Assembly: GCF_021869535.1 (NCBI RefSeq)
Contig: NW_026262690.1
Span: 57,598,001-57,662,000 of the forward strand
Reading direction: 5' to 3'
Source: Mytilus californianus
Lineage: Eukaryota
DNA length: 64,000 nucleotides
Shown here: one piece after another, positions 1-11,672 of the stretch
Position numbering within the stretch: the first letter of the stretch is position 1
Layout: every line of letters starts with the position of its first letter
The notes under the pieces: model-generated
Told to the model about the DNA's origin: nothing
Databases searched by the model: none
What the model saw: the letters and a program-made list of their open reading frames with translations, nothing else
Made by a program: the position numbers and the translations under genes

Positions 1-338
1 GTTATAATTAGTGGTGGTTATTTTACTGTTTGCCAAAAATTTGTCACTAATTTAAACAAAACAAAAATATGCATTTAGTTGAAAAACATTAGTGTTTGCT
101 CGAAATCAAGTGGCAAATATTTCATGCATATTCAGAATGGTTTAGTTTACTATTTTGTATTTTTGCCTTAAATTGTTAACAAGAAAACACACTTTTTGTT
201 TTTGCAATTAAGTTAGCTGACTTTGAACTGATTTTAGGCTACCAAAACTAAAAACTTCCTTGTATATTCTTTTCTGACATACAAGTGATCTAAATGTTTA
301 TATTTTGGTTTATAATCTAGATTATCATCAATATTTAC

Positions 339-420
339 CTTCACAATAACTCTGAAAGACTGTCTTCCAACATAGCCTCTCCAACTCTTTTGTAATACTG
401 TAGCACAGTTATTTAAGTGT
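339..420 (-). CDS. SPATA17: SPATA17 coding exon 3 (IQ motif 2); gene continues beyond the left edge
   Basis: Minus-strand acceptor ttttag and donor GTAAAT; 82 nt encoding (T)HLNNCATVLQKSWRGYVGRQSFRVIVK. Resembles the human SPATA17 segment RHLNRIVTIIQKWWRSFLGRKQY as recalled; phase matches exon 2. Confidence 0.9.
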
Positions 421-689
421 CTAAAATCATACACAAATTCAAGTAATTAGTTTGAACAGTTCCCTCATTATCTAATTAAACATGTCACATCCGCTTCATT
501 GAAGTTAATTCAAAAATATAAAAACTAAAGCACATTCCTTATAAATCTTATCTCATTAACATAAATTTTTTTGGGGGAAACTCCATTATAATGTTGTTCA
601 AAATTATTCATCAAGTTTCACTATTTTCCCCTGACAAAAGGACTATTATTATGTTATAATATAGATGAGTAAATGTTTACAATGTGTAT

Positions 690-1500
690 CAGGGTTGGCA
701 AAGTATTACCCGGATGGGAAAAACCGGGTTTTCCCGAGCTGGGCAATACTCCTAGAAATGGGTAATACTGGGCAATACTGGGTAATATGATTTATCAAGC
801 TTATTTTTACACAAAATAGTAAAGACTTGTTGTAGTTTAATAGCATTATAGCTAAATATATACATTTATACAGATAACCATTGAGAGTCATTCCTGAAGA
901 TTGAAAATTCAATTTCTTCCTTTTCGCCACTAATTCTATGTAGGCAGAATATGTCTTGGACATATCAGGATACCTTGTTAATTTCCAAGCTTTGTTTCAA
1001 TATTAAATCCAAGTTGAAAAATGCATTTTATTGCAGTGTTTTTAAGTGAATTGTAAATTTTAATTGCTATACAATCATATTGCTGAATAAACACCTTAAG
1101 AGGACAGGCCATGAACACTTATAGAAATCAAAAGGCTGATTATTGTAATATAAACAAATCTGTATTATTATCTGAATAATTACTGATTAATTAGTGATGT
1201 ACATAAACATATGCTCAAACTTAGTAAACATTTTAAGTAATGAACAAAAAATGTTTAAAAGTAATTTTCCTTACATAGATTTGTTATTTCTTAATATTAG
1301 TTATATTTGTTTAAAAAAAAATGAATTCTTCGACTTTAGTGTATTGCATTTGTGATTAATCACTGAATCCTCTTTAAAATTCAGGCCAGTATTTCATATT
1401 ACCCAGTATTGCCCAGTATTACCCGGTAAAACCCAGGGTTTCCCAGTATTTCCCACTGGGCTGGGCAATACTCATGAAACCCGGGTTTTTGCCAACCCTG
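690..1500. mobile_element. Non-autonomous TIR element (hAT-like termini) in SPATA17 intron 2
   Basis: CAGGGTTGGCAAA at 690 and TTTGCCAACCCTG ending at 1500; subterminal GGGCAATACT/CCCAGTATT repeats; near-duplicated flanks aatgtgtat and aattgtgtat. Confidence 0.8.
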
Positions 1501-1527
1501 AATTGTGTATCATAAAAATTTACTTAC

Positions 1528-1617
1528 GTGAAGTATGATCGTACTTGAGATCCTCTAAAATTGGCCTGAATTTTTACAGATGCTAAATATTCTCTCTGTC
1601 TCTGCAGTTCAGCCTCA
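1528..1617 (-). CDS. SPATA17: SPATA17 coding exon 2 (IQ motif 1)
   Basis: Acceptor ttcataattcag, donor GTAAGT; 90 nt encoding (N)EAELQRQREYLASVKIQANFRGSQVRSYF(T), containing the IQxxxRGxxxR motif; phase 2 at both ends. Confidence 0.92.
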
Positions 1618-2832
1618 CTGAATTATGAAAGTAACAACAAAAAAACCATGGTGAGCTAAAACCACTAACAAATGCATTGCCCCATTAACTATGACTTAAA
1701 CAGATGCAATTGACAAACATGCAGTAGACATGTCATGTGTCCAAAAAGGTATCACATGGTACAGTTGTCAAATTTCAGTATTTTGTGACCTGTAGCTGCA
1801 TAATTACAGGCATTTCTGGTCTTATGTAACATATTTTTCTACATTTTGTTATATTGTCTCCTGCTTACCAAAATCTCACTACTATCTTCTGGTATTGTTT
1901 CTTTCAGGTCTTTGTGTAAAATATAAGGAAGGAGAATCATATGATTTCCCTCCAAATTTGTTGTATCTCATTGCTATGTTCAATAAGTAATTTTCTATTC
2001 ATATAATTTAAAATTTGTTCAAACATACTAAACAATGTATACGGGGCAATGACACAAAGACAGTACAAAGTAACACGATGCTACACACAAAAAAGACATA
2101 ATTTGGAGAGTTTTTAGCAGGTAACAATGAAAAATGATATCATTGTTACATGTACCTGCAATTTCCATATGAAATCAGGTCCCTGTCCGGAAATACATTT
2201 AAGCAAGTAGCCTCAGAAGTAACAATATTTCTTATTTTTTCCTTTTGCTGGTAATCGTAGCCAGTGCCAAAATATAAATGTGATTGCATCGCTAATTTGA
2301 ACTTGGGTTATTTTCTTTACAAATGACTATATAGTTGATTGGATGAATGAATAACAACTTTGCAACTCTTTCAGAAGGGTATCAAGAAACAGAATTTATT
2401 TATAACATCAGTTCCAGTTGTAAGGAATATGCTTGAATGTTATTTCCCCTTGAAACATTAGTTATTATCATGATTATTGAGTTTGGTAGTTTGATATTTA
2501 TAAATTATACAGCTTTGAGGCAATTTTGTTTTTACTTCTGAGTTATGGTTGATCTATTGTTTACATTGTCTTTGTGTTTGTTATTGCTGCTACCAGATGA
2601 TTATTTTCCTCTGATCTGCACTGAAGTCTACATGAACACAAAGTAATCAGCTAATGATAGTTCCCCAACCCAGATGTGGCCAAAAAAATGTATTATTCTT
2701 TTTGACCTATGAGAGAAGCGAACTAATTAGGGTTTATTTTATCATATAATCCAGTTGTCAAGTATATTTTCTGAAATAGTCAGGGATTGTTTTCAAAATT
2801 ATGATTTAGGAAGGTAGTTTTATTATGCTTAC

Positions 2833-2900
2833 TTTTTCCTTTCGTACGAATCTTCAACGATTTGGTCAGTCTGCCGCAGCAATCTGACCATCGTCGCCAT
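2833..2900 (-). CDS. SPATA17: SPATA17 coding exon 1
   Basis: ATG at 2900 on the minus strand; MATMVRLLRQTDQIVEDSYERK plus aa, then donor GTAAGC. Resembles the vertebrate N-terminus MATLARL; phase joins exon 2 in frame. Confidence 0.88.
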
Positions 2901-3207
2901 ATTGTATTGTTGTTGTCAAGTGAAATTTTATAGCTCTACTTAACTAAACCTGATTACTTTTCGACCTGTCAGAAATGTAGCAATTGTAATGTAAATGTGA
3001 TAATTAAAATTTATAGAATAGATATTCTATCTTTTATTTATCCTTTCTCACAATAATGAAGTACGAAACAAAAACTGCGTATCAGTTTAAAGATAAGTAT
3101 AAAGGTACTCCGAACGATATCGCTGTGGAAACGTTTGTCAACAAATATGGCGGCTAATTAAATGGTTTCCCTTTAGAAAATATCGGATTCCCGTAATTTC
3201 AATAACA
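2901..3207. promoter_or_regulatory. Putative bidirectional promoter between SPATA17 and the CIMIP6-like gene
   Basis: 307 bp between two divergent start codons; YY1-like AATATGGCGGC at 3144-3154; forkhead-like GTCAACA at 3137-3143. Transcription starts cannot be seen from sequence. Confidence 0.7.
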
Positions 3208-3263
3208 ATGACGCTATACATGCCACCGTTAGCCCGTAAAAAGCGAGTACCAGAACGATACAA
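3208..3263 (+). CDS. CIMIP6: C2orf73/CIMIP6-like protein, coding exon 1
   Basis: MTLYMPPLARKKRVPERY plus aa, then donor GTAAGA; phase 2 joins exon 2 to give ...ERYNPDSF... Confidence 0.75.
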
Positions 3264-5649
3264 GTAAGATATAGTAAAATCTTAATTTATCATGTCATAA
3301 AAGCAGTGTGTTTATTTTAGATTCGTTTAATTTTCATTAAGAATGTTTTAGCTGTTTGTTTTGTTTTGATGCCTCCAATTATTTTGTGTATTTGGCTCCT
3401 TCATATTTTGGTCATGATAAATGTCATCCATTAACAAGTATAGTTCGTTTTGCTGTGGATTAATTTAATTTCTGCATAGCCCTAAAACAAAATACAAAAT
3501 GTGTCAGCTTAGAACAAACACCAATCTATCTTATAAAAAAGTATCATTGGTAGTTTTATTACATCTCAATTTTTTATACTTAATCTTGGATTCATAGATG
3601 ATTAGTATATAAGTCTTTCAATCTAGATGCTTTTAAATAAAAAAAATAATATTAATTAATATGAAGCAGGTGCTCCCGACAGTTTTTTTTTGTATAGTGG
3701 ATTTTGCATGTTCATTGTTCATCATAACACTTTTTTTTCGTCAACCAGATATACAAATTTGCAGGAAATCGTGTGCTCCTTTAAATTGTTTTGTGGAAAT
3801 TTTTGTGCAAAATTGAAAACCAAAAAGAATTTTTATGTTGATAAAGGTTTTTCATGGTAAAAAGACCCATACACCATGTACAAAGACCCCAAATTGACCC
3901 CTCTAGAATTTATGCTCCTGAATAACTAGAACTGTCAAATGATATGCAGTCCACTGGCTTATCATGATCATGCAAATTGGTTATACAAATTGATGTCGGG
4001 CATTAATCAGAACGTTATAATTTTTACAATAAGATTTGTTATTAAGCAATTGAGTATATTTGTCTGTCCTCATGACTCATTTACTTACAATTTTGCATAT
4101 TATTATATGGAAAAAAAGAATTATAGCTCAATACAAACAAGAATGAAACCAGAGACAAACGGTGCGATTCTTTAGTGACAAGTATACCAACAGAGAGAAG
4201 GGTAGTATTACTGACATATCAGAACTACAAGCTTTTAAAGACAAGCTTCATTTAAGTAGTCTAGAATTTCTCTACAAGGTGTCCAGGAGATGGTACCAGC
4301 CCTGCAGCAAGAAACCAAGGAGAAACCCAATCCTAACATCGTAACTTAAAAATATAGTGACTTTAGGACATCAAATATAATTGGCAAATTTATTCTCAAC
4401 AAGAGTAGATGCTTTGAAGTAATAGTGTGCAGAAATGAACAACAAGGCAGAGTCTTTATTTTAGAATGGAACAGATAATCTGGCAATGTCATGTGCGCTA
4501 AGACAGTGAAGATCTTCAAATATTCAGTTGCTTTTACACTTTTAGATCCAGATAATGTTTTACCCTCCATTTTTTACTGAAAATAAGGTTCATCATAACA
4601 AAGAACAAAAATGGGTATGTTTTCACATTAAAACTTACTCTGAGTACAGACTAACCTATGCAGTTTGAAAAGTTTTAAGGCCTGGTATCCACTAGATATA
4701 ATAGTTAAGTGCATTTTACTTCCATGGTTTGATATAACATAGAGAGGACGACCAACGACTTTGTTTTAAATTTATTTATCACTCTATCACTGTGTTTGAA
4801 GTATGAAGGGGATTTTCAATGAAAGCTCCAGTCTGAGGGATGTGTACATAAAAAAACTCTGAGAGATGTGAACATAAAAAAGTTCAGTAGTAACCTGTCA
4901 TATTGTTACATCGTTGAAAGGGAATTTTGTTGTGTTACAACATACCCAATATAAAACAAATAAACAATAAAAAAAAGGTAGAATGAACGGGATGTCATTC
5001 GTACCATGATCATTTCGCACCATATGAAAGACCTATAAGAATACCATTTCGTACCGCGGTCCACTTGCTAGGATGTCATATGTACCATATTGACAGCCTT
5101 ACCTATTTAATGAGATTAAACTCGTTAATTGGATACACGTGCCATTGGAAAGACGTGCGTCTTCTTGTCAAAATATTGATTAATTGTAAGGTGTATGTAC
5201 TAATTATACAAGTAGAATATATAAATTGAAACATATACATAGAATATGGAAACACTCTTTAAATTTATTTATCAGTGATTATTATTTAAGTTTAATTTTT
5301 GGTTTAAAACTTTTACAGAACAATCAAAGATACTTGTCAATGCAATTTGAATAACGAATCAAGGTTTAAATAATAAAAGGATTTTTATTCAGTGATTGCC
5401 ATATATTTTTCAACAACTTCCATCAGACATTAAGCTATGAAATATCATTCACGTACAAATGAATTCACTTTGGTTACTGGTGTCAATTGATGCAAAACTG
5501 CACAAAAACATGTAAATATTCAAATTCCTATCAAGTTTCATCAAATTTAGGAGTTTGAGCCCGGTAGTGAAACAGGGGAAACTGTCCATGGTGTTAATTT
5601 TTTTAATTTTTCAAATAAGGTGCAAGTTCTTATACAAGCATGAAATTTA

Positions 5650-6650
5650 TGGCGATAACTTCAATTAGGTAGGTAACAATCGAGGAAAAGAGGACCGAAT
5701 AGTAACAGATATTTTATAATTGGCATCAGATTCGTGACGGTGTCTGTAAAATTTTCGAAGGGATAATTTCAACTTCAACACTTGGAACTCTTTGTTAAAT
5801 ATCTTCATAGTAAGCAGCAACCCTGTATCAAGGAAGTCATGATAGGAAATGCATGCACTGGAATATCGTATGATTATCAAAAGGCCTTAGATATATGTAA
5901 TATAATCCATATGCAGGCTGCTGGAATGTTGCTACATAGAAATGAAAGTTCAAAATTGGGAAGCTAAAATTCTCCCTTTTGTTGTAAAGGTTTATTCTCA
6001 ACTGACCCTTATTGTCAATTTCTAGATGCAAGTCAAGATATGAGGAAGACTTGACAGTTCGATGGGATAGATGCGTTCACCATAGTCACCACAACTTTGA
6101 ATTATTTAGTGAGAGGAACGTGAAGCGGAACGTGAAGTTAAAGGATAATAAGTTAGCCTCTTTTCATTCTTCCTAAGAAGCTCCTGTATGAAATCAGTCT
6201 CATATGAATAAAAGAACAAGTCGGCAAGAAGAGGAGCATAGTTGGTTCCCATGGGAATGCCGATTGTTTGTTGAAAAACACGTCCTCCAAACGTAACAAA
6301 TATGTTGTTAATAAAAAAATCGAGCATCTTGATAATGTTAGTTACAGAGAATTTTTTTTCTTTTTCGTATCCGAGTGATTTTTTACAAAGTACGATTTGT
6401 TCCCCTATGAAACAAAGCTGGACCAATTCTTTCAATTGGTCTTTTAGTTTGGAATGGGGAATACTTGGGTAAAGGGTAGAAAAGTCAAATGTTTTAATAC
6501 TACTGCAAGAGGAAATAGACTTAGACTGTATGTACTCTAACAGGTCTTTGGAATTAATATATACCTTGTTATCTTCCTCACTGCATTTCCTGACGAAAGT
6601 TGGTTAATTTACCATATATTTTAGAGCTGAAAAATTTAGTTTAATATCAA
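5650..6650 (-). mobile_element. Penelope-like element (PLE) reverse transcriptase fragment, frameshifted
   Basis: Motifs FDFSTLYPSIPH and QQTIGIPMGTNYAPLLADLF, plus C-terminal IIRYSSACISYHDFLDTGLLL, spread over several frames. Confidence 0.85.
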
Positions 6651-6953
6651 CCTGTTCACAAATTAAACTTTATGAAACCGATAATAGGAAAACGAAAAAT
6701 TTAATTGTAATGTAAATCATCTCAATATATTTAATACAATTATGAACCTCTAGTAATTGATCGGCAATACCAATCCAATATCTTTATTCTCATAACCATT
6801 GCAGATACATAGGTACAGAGAGAGTGCACACTATGTACAGGAATATGCATCTATTTACAAACATTTATATACAATACAGTGGGTTCAAAATAATATACAT
6901 TTTAGCCAGGAGGACCCACATTTTTGTTTACACACTTTATGAACTTGCATAAT

Positions 6954-7157
6954 TAGTTATCAAAGGTACTAGGATTATAATTTAATACGCCAGACGCGCG
7001 TTTCGTCTACATAAGACTCATCAGTGACGCTCAGATCAAAACAGTTATAAAGCCAAACAAGTACAAAGTTGAAGAGCATTGAGGACCCAAAATTCCAAAA
7101 AGTTGTGCCAAATACGGCTAAGGTAATCTATTCCTGGAATAAGAAAATCCTTAGTTT
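6954..7157 (-). mobile_element. Retrozyme-like insertion (204 bp) with 18-bp target-site duplication
   Basis: TSD tttatgaacttgcataat at 6936-6953 and 7158-7175; contains a hammerhead ribozyme; related copies near 25.0, 25.5, 28.9, 51.4-51.65, 52.3 and 60.6-60.8 kb. Confidence 0.85.
6987..7030 (-). ncRNA. Type I hammerhead ribozyme with intact core
   Basis: Minus strand reads gcguca-CUGAUGA-guc(uuaugua)gac-GAAA-c(gcgc)g-UC/uggcgu: stem I with two G-U pairs, stem II, a minimal stem III with palindromic GCGC loop, and a GUC cleavage triplet (cut between 6993 and 6992). Confidence 0.88.
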
Positions 7158-7177
7158 TTTATGAACTTGCATAATCT

Positions 7178-7690
7178 TTTTAGCTCTGACTTTTTGTTTA
7201 ATTTGCTCGTCAATTTTCTAAACTTTAACTTTAACTTTTATACTTGAGCCAAATAGTATTTTTCGAGGTATAATTTTCTTCTGTCGTTAAAAATGGACAT
7301 TCTAGCAGATAATGAAGTTCGTCTCCAGTGCTACATATATTACAGAGATTACATCTTCTATCATTTATCAACATTATTCCACCTCCACCTGTTTCTATTG
7401 GGAGTCTGTGGTTTGTGGTTCTATATTTACATAGAATAATACTTTCGTGCAGATCCAAGATCTCAAAATATTTTTCAAAATTTAATGCTAACTTAAAAAT
7501 TCTGTAATTAACTGCTTTTGTAGACTCTTGTAATAGTGTATTCCAGTACTGTTTGCATTGGTCTTGTAATCGCAGTTGTGGTGATTTTTTTTAACCATAT
7601 ATCGTTACCAAAACCTTGAGTAATCCAAATATTTGAAAAACCACATTCATCATATTCTTTGGAAAATTGTACTGTTAGTACTCTCACGCG
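7178..7690 (-). mobile_element. 3' end of a CR1/L2-type LINE ORF2 (C-terminal Cys/His domain)
   Basis: Frame reads QYWNTLLQESTKAVNYRIFKLALNFEKYFEILDLHESIILCKYRTTNHRLPIETG...RRCNLCNICSTGDELHYLLECP, a motif typical of LINE ORF2 C-termini. Confidence 0.8.
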
Positions 7691-8347
7691 TACATTTTTG
7701 TCAGATTTTTTTTCAGCAAGGCATTAGACGAGTTCAATGATCAGTGCCGATCAACTATTTTTACTGGAGTTATGTCCATTGGAAAAAGAAATAACATGTT
7801 AGATTGTATTATAAGCGCTTTATTTCTCACACCGACATTATATAAAGGCTGGTCAGACACCTACTTCATGTTTTCCTATACTATGAATTATGAGTGGGGC
7901 CGGTATGCTTAAAACAACACAGTGGACATTTTCGTTGTAATTATTGCTCTCGGAATGATAATGTATGTGCATCGGCGGGGGACACTGGAAAGCGTCGCTT
8001 TTATTCCACATAATACGGAATGATAAACAAGCAGTTGGTCTATATGGTATGAATATTTCTATGTATTGTACGAAATGGTATTTATTCATGGTACGGAATT
8101 ACTAATTTGTGGTACGAAATGATAATTTTGGGTTCGAAAGTGCAATGGTACAAGTGGTAGGATGTGTACTGATTGATACTTTAGTCTTGGAGAACTTGAT
8201 TTATATATTAGCTGTTATTGGGTTTTAACCAGCTTTCAGTAACTGCGAGTACTATTATCGCCGTTTACAATAAAATTTACCATGAAAAAATAGTTTAATA
8301 AACTGTTTCCTTCTAGAAAGTCACTGATTTTATTTTTGTATTTATAG

Positions 8348-8787
8348 TCCAGATTCATTCAGAGTAATCAGTACAAATGCAGAAGACGCTCACCCAAAAT
8401 TTCCCGGCGATAACAAATTCCCAGTTCCCGACCGGGAACAACTAAAACGAGGAGTAGCACTACCAGACATTTATAACAGATCAACACAAGTTCTACCAAA
8501 GGAAGTACCAGATTATCGAGTTCACAGACCCCATCCGAATAGCTGTGGATTCCTTAGACATAATGTTCGCGTATTAAACGAGCCAATTTGTAGTGTATAC
8601 ACAGGCGAAACACACGATGAGCAAAACTTATGGTGGCCTTCACGTACATCTGACGAACCATTACAGATACCTCCCAAAACAAAAGATACAATATATAGAG
8701 AAGGATATATGAGGGATTCTCCATTTTCGGCGAAAGGATTTACACGACATGAAGCTAATCCAAATAAAAATGCAGCTCATGGAGTTG
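8348..8787 (+). CDS. CIMIP6: C2orf73/CIMIP6-like protein, coding exon 2
   Basis: Acceptor tttatag, donor GTACGT; 440-nt open frame absent from the ORF track because it has no start codon. Contains GFLRHNVRVLNEP, NLWWPS, TKDTIYREGY and HGV, paralleling human C2orf73 FINTNARTYNEP, GDWW, STQRSDF and GIVP as recalled. Confidence 0.85.
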
Positions 8788-9124
8788 GTACGTAACAATA
8801 TTTTACCAAACTTTTACAATGTTTCGACAGCAAAATAAATTGTTGTGCAACCAAGGACTATTTTAAAAATCAAAGTTCAATTTTCATAAAATTGAACCAG
8901 GATATTTGAAAAAGTCTTAAAATAATATTCGAACAGAACCTAGTTTCGTACTTATAAAGAATCAAAGAGACAACAATATACATATATTTAATGAAAAAAG
9001 AGAGGCGAAAGATACCATAGAGACATAGTTTCAATGTTGATTATGCAGTTTTTCTTTTATTATGATAAAAACAACTCTATTTCTTATTTGAATCCTTCTA
9101 TACAAATGTATTCTTACGTTTTAG

Positions 9125-9240
9125 TTCCAGTGAATTTTCTCGGGGCTACAGATGGCCAGAAAAGAATATTTCAGGAAAAGATATCATATGAACATCAGTA
9201 TAATAGTCGAGCAGATCCTAATTATCCAATTAGAAATAAA
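9125..9240 (+). CDS. CIMIP6: C2orf73/CIMIP6-like protein, coding exon 3
   Basis: Acceptor ttttag, donor GTAAGT; (V)PVNFLGATDGQKRIFQEKISYEHQYNSRADPNYPIRNK, similar to human [20 protein letters not shown] as recalled. Confidence 0.88.
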
Positions 9241-9458
9241 GTAAGTTAAACATGTACACGCACACCGTATTACTTTATACCAAATGCTAGAGTGTTTGAA
9301 AGCATGATTTCTTTATTTATATTTTTAGTAGTTATAGAGATTGCCTTTAGAAAGCATACGGTAATACGGTATTATTAATATTGTTTTACTTTTATCGTTC
9401 TTGTTTACGTTTGTCTGTAATATCTTTATTATAGAGGTCAATAATTAATATGAAATGA

Positions 9459-10112
9459 TTTTTATTAGGGACCCGCCGAATGGCGGGTCTCCCTATAGTG
9501 ATCAGTCCGTCCGTCTGTCCGTCCGTAAAATATTGTGTCCGCTCTATATCTAGCGAACCGTTATGATTTCATACTTTATACTTGACATGTATATTAACCA
9601 ACACCAGAGGGTGTGTCATAATGTTTGTGCAACTTCCTAGGTCAAAGGTCAAGGTCATAAACTTTGATTTCAGTTGACAACCCCATGTCCTATGGTAAAG
9701 CTTGTGTCCGCTCTATATCTTGATAACCTTTATGATTTCAAAGATTACACTTGACATGCATATTAACCAACACCAGAGGATGTGTCATAATGTATGTACA
9801 ACTTCCTATGTCAAAGGTCAAGGTCAAAAACTTAGGTTTTCAGTTGACAACCCCATGTCCTATGGTAAAGATCGTGTCCGCTCTATATCTAGAGAACCGT
9901 TATGATTTCAAAGTTTATACTTGACATGTATATTAACCAACACCAGAGGGTGTGTCATAATGTATGTACAACTTCCTAGGTCAAAGGTCAAGTCAAAAAC
10001 TTCGGTTTCAGATGACAACCTCATGTCCTATGGTAAAGATACAAATTTTTTACCACACGTTATTCACAGCGGAGCCCACAGAGATGGCTCCCATCTCAAT
10101 GATGTTTAGTTG
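9459..10112 (+). mobile_element. Helentron/HINE-like element 1 with about 3 tandem units of 169-170 bp
   Basis: T-run start, 5' hairpin GGGACCCGCC-gaat-GGCGGGTCTCCC, (GTCC)n microsatellite, unit starts at 9534, 9703 and 9873, 3' stem-loop ggagccc...ggctcc ending in tagtt. Confidence 0.75.
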
Positions 10113-10655
10113 CTCCTCCTGGGTACTTTTCTTTTAATTCACTCATATGGATGGAAAAAGTGGGAGTGGTGTGTTCTGAGAAACACGGCTTAACACCTTC
10201 TAAATGTTTAAGTTAAATACATATTTCAAGTCTTATGTACTTTAGTTATTTTGTCCTTATAAGAATCCATTTTTGATGGTAGATCTTATTCTCAACCATT
10301 GTACAGACTCGGTGATTTAGAGAATTATTTATTGTTGAAAACTGTATTTTGATCTTAACAATTAGATACAAAAGTAGTTTTATATGTTGAACAATATCAG
10401 AACGGGTCTTGTACTAATTTGTACTGTGTTGCTATTTCAAAATTGACTCTCGAATCAATATTTGTATTGGGCAATTAGACATTTTGAATATTAAAGTTTA
10501 TCTTCTTTTTTACCAGAAAAACTTAGCGAGTTACAATATTTTCGTCGGAAGTCAATGTGAATTGAAAGAACTGAAATGACTTGTAAAAACAATTACAAAT
10601 GCATTAAACGTCAGACAGAATTTTCAATTAAGTTATGCAAAATTGGTTTTCTAAG

Positions 10656-11672
10656 TTTTTGTCTCGACTTGGCGGAGTCAAAAAGCGAGACATAGGTATG
10701 CTGTTTCTGGCGTCGGCGACGACGACGACGACGACGGCGGCGGCGTCAACAATGTTTTAGTTTATGATAAGGTCTAGTTCATGGTGAACCACTAGTGGTA
10801 GGTCAATGATATTTGGTATGCAGTTGTATTAGCATTGGCACATCTCATTACCATGGAGATTATTTGGCCCCGCCCCCTCAGTCAAGGTCTATTGACTTTG
10901 AAACTTTGCTCAGTTTACATGTATTAGTTTGTGATTAGGTCAGTTTATGGGGAACCACTAGTGGTAGGTCAATGATATTTGGTATGCAGTTGTATAAGCA
11001 TTGGCATATCTCATTTCCATGGAGATTACTTGGCCCCGCCCCCTCATTCATGGTCTATTGACTTTGAAACTTTTGCTTAGTTTTCATGTATTAGTTTGAG
11101 TTTAGGTCAGTTTAAGGGGAACCGTAAGTGGTAGGTCAATGATAATTGGTATGCAGTTGTATAAGCATTAGCACATCTCATTTCCATGGAGAATATTTGG
11201 TCCCTACCACTCAGTCATGGTCTATTGACTTTGAAACTTTTGCTTAGTTTACATGTATTAGTTTGTGATTAGTTCAGTTTAAGATGAACCACTAATGTTA
11301 AGTCAATGATATTCGGTATACAAATGTATTGGCATTTGCAAGTTTCATTTCCATGGAGATTATACAACCCCACCCCTTAATAATGGTTCATTGACTTTGA
11401 AACTTTTACATGGTTTACAAGTTAATGTTTGAGTTTAGGTTTGTTTAAAGGGAACGACTTATGAAAAGTCAATGGTATTTGGTTTGCAGTTGTATTAGCA
11501 TTGGCACATCTCATTTCCATGGAGATTGTTTAGCCCTGTACCTTCAGTCATGGTTCATTGACTTTGAATATTTGCATAACTTACATGTTAAAGTATTGCT
11601 ATTTTAATTTTAACATTTGCATTATCAAAATAACAAATAGGCGAGACATATCTCTGTGTTAACAGTTTATTA
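10656..11672 (+). mobile_element. Helentron/HINE-like element 2 with about 5 tandem units of about 165 bp
   Basis: Subterminal IR ttgtctcg with cgagaca at both 10686 and about 11642; (GAC)n(GGC)n microsatellite; recurring unit gaaccactagtggtaggtcaatgatatttggtatgcag. Confidence 0.78.

Larger units (their letters stand above)
4990..8163. mobile_element. Decayed TIR element with inverted subterminal ATTTCGTACCA repeats, hosting nested retro-insertions
   Basis: Clusters of cattcgtacca/catttcgtacc at 4990-5090 and of tggtacgaaatg at 8045-8160; exact termini and TSD not resolved. Confidence 0.5.

Noticed and set aside
3939-4570. Cluster of short ORFs in CIMIP6-like intron 1
   Set aside because: No frame gives a recognisable domain; probably a decayed transposon interior.
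9534-11560. Regularly spaced repeats that might suggest a CRISPR-like array
   Set aside because: Eukaryotic DNA; units are full tandem repeats without unique spacers and lie inside HINE-like elements.
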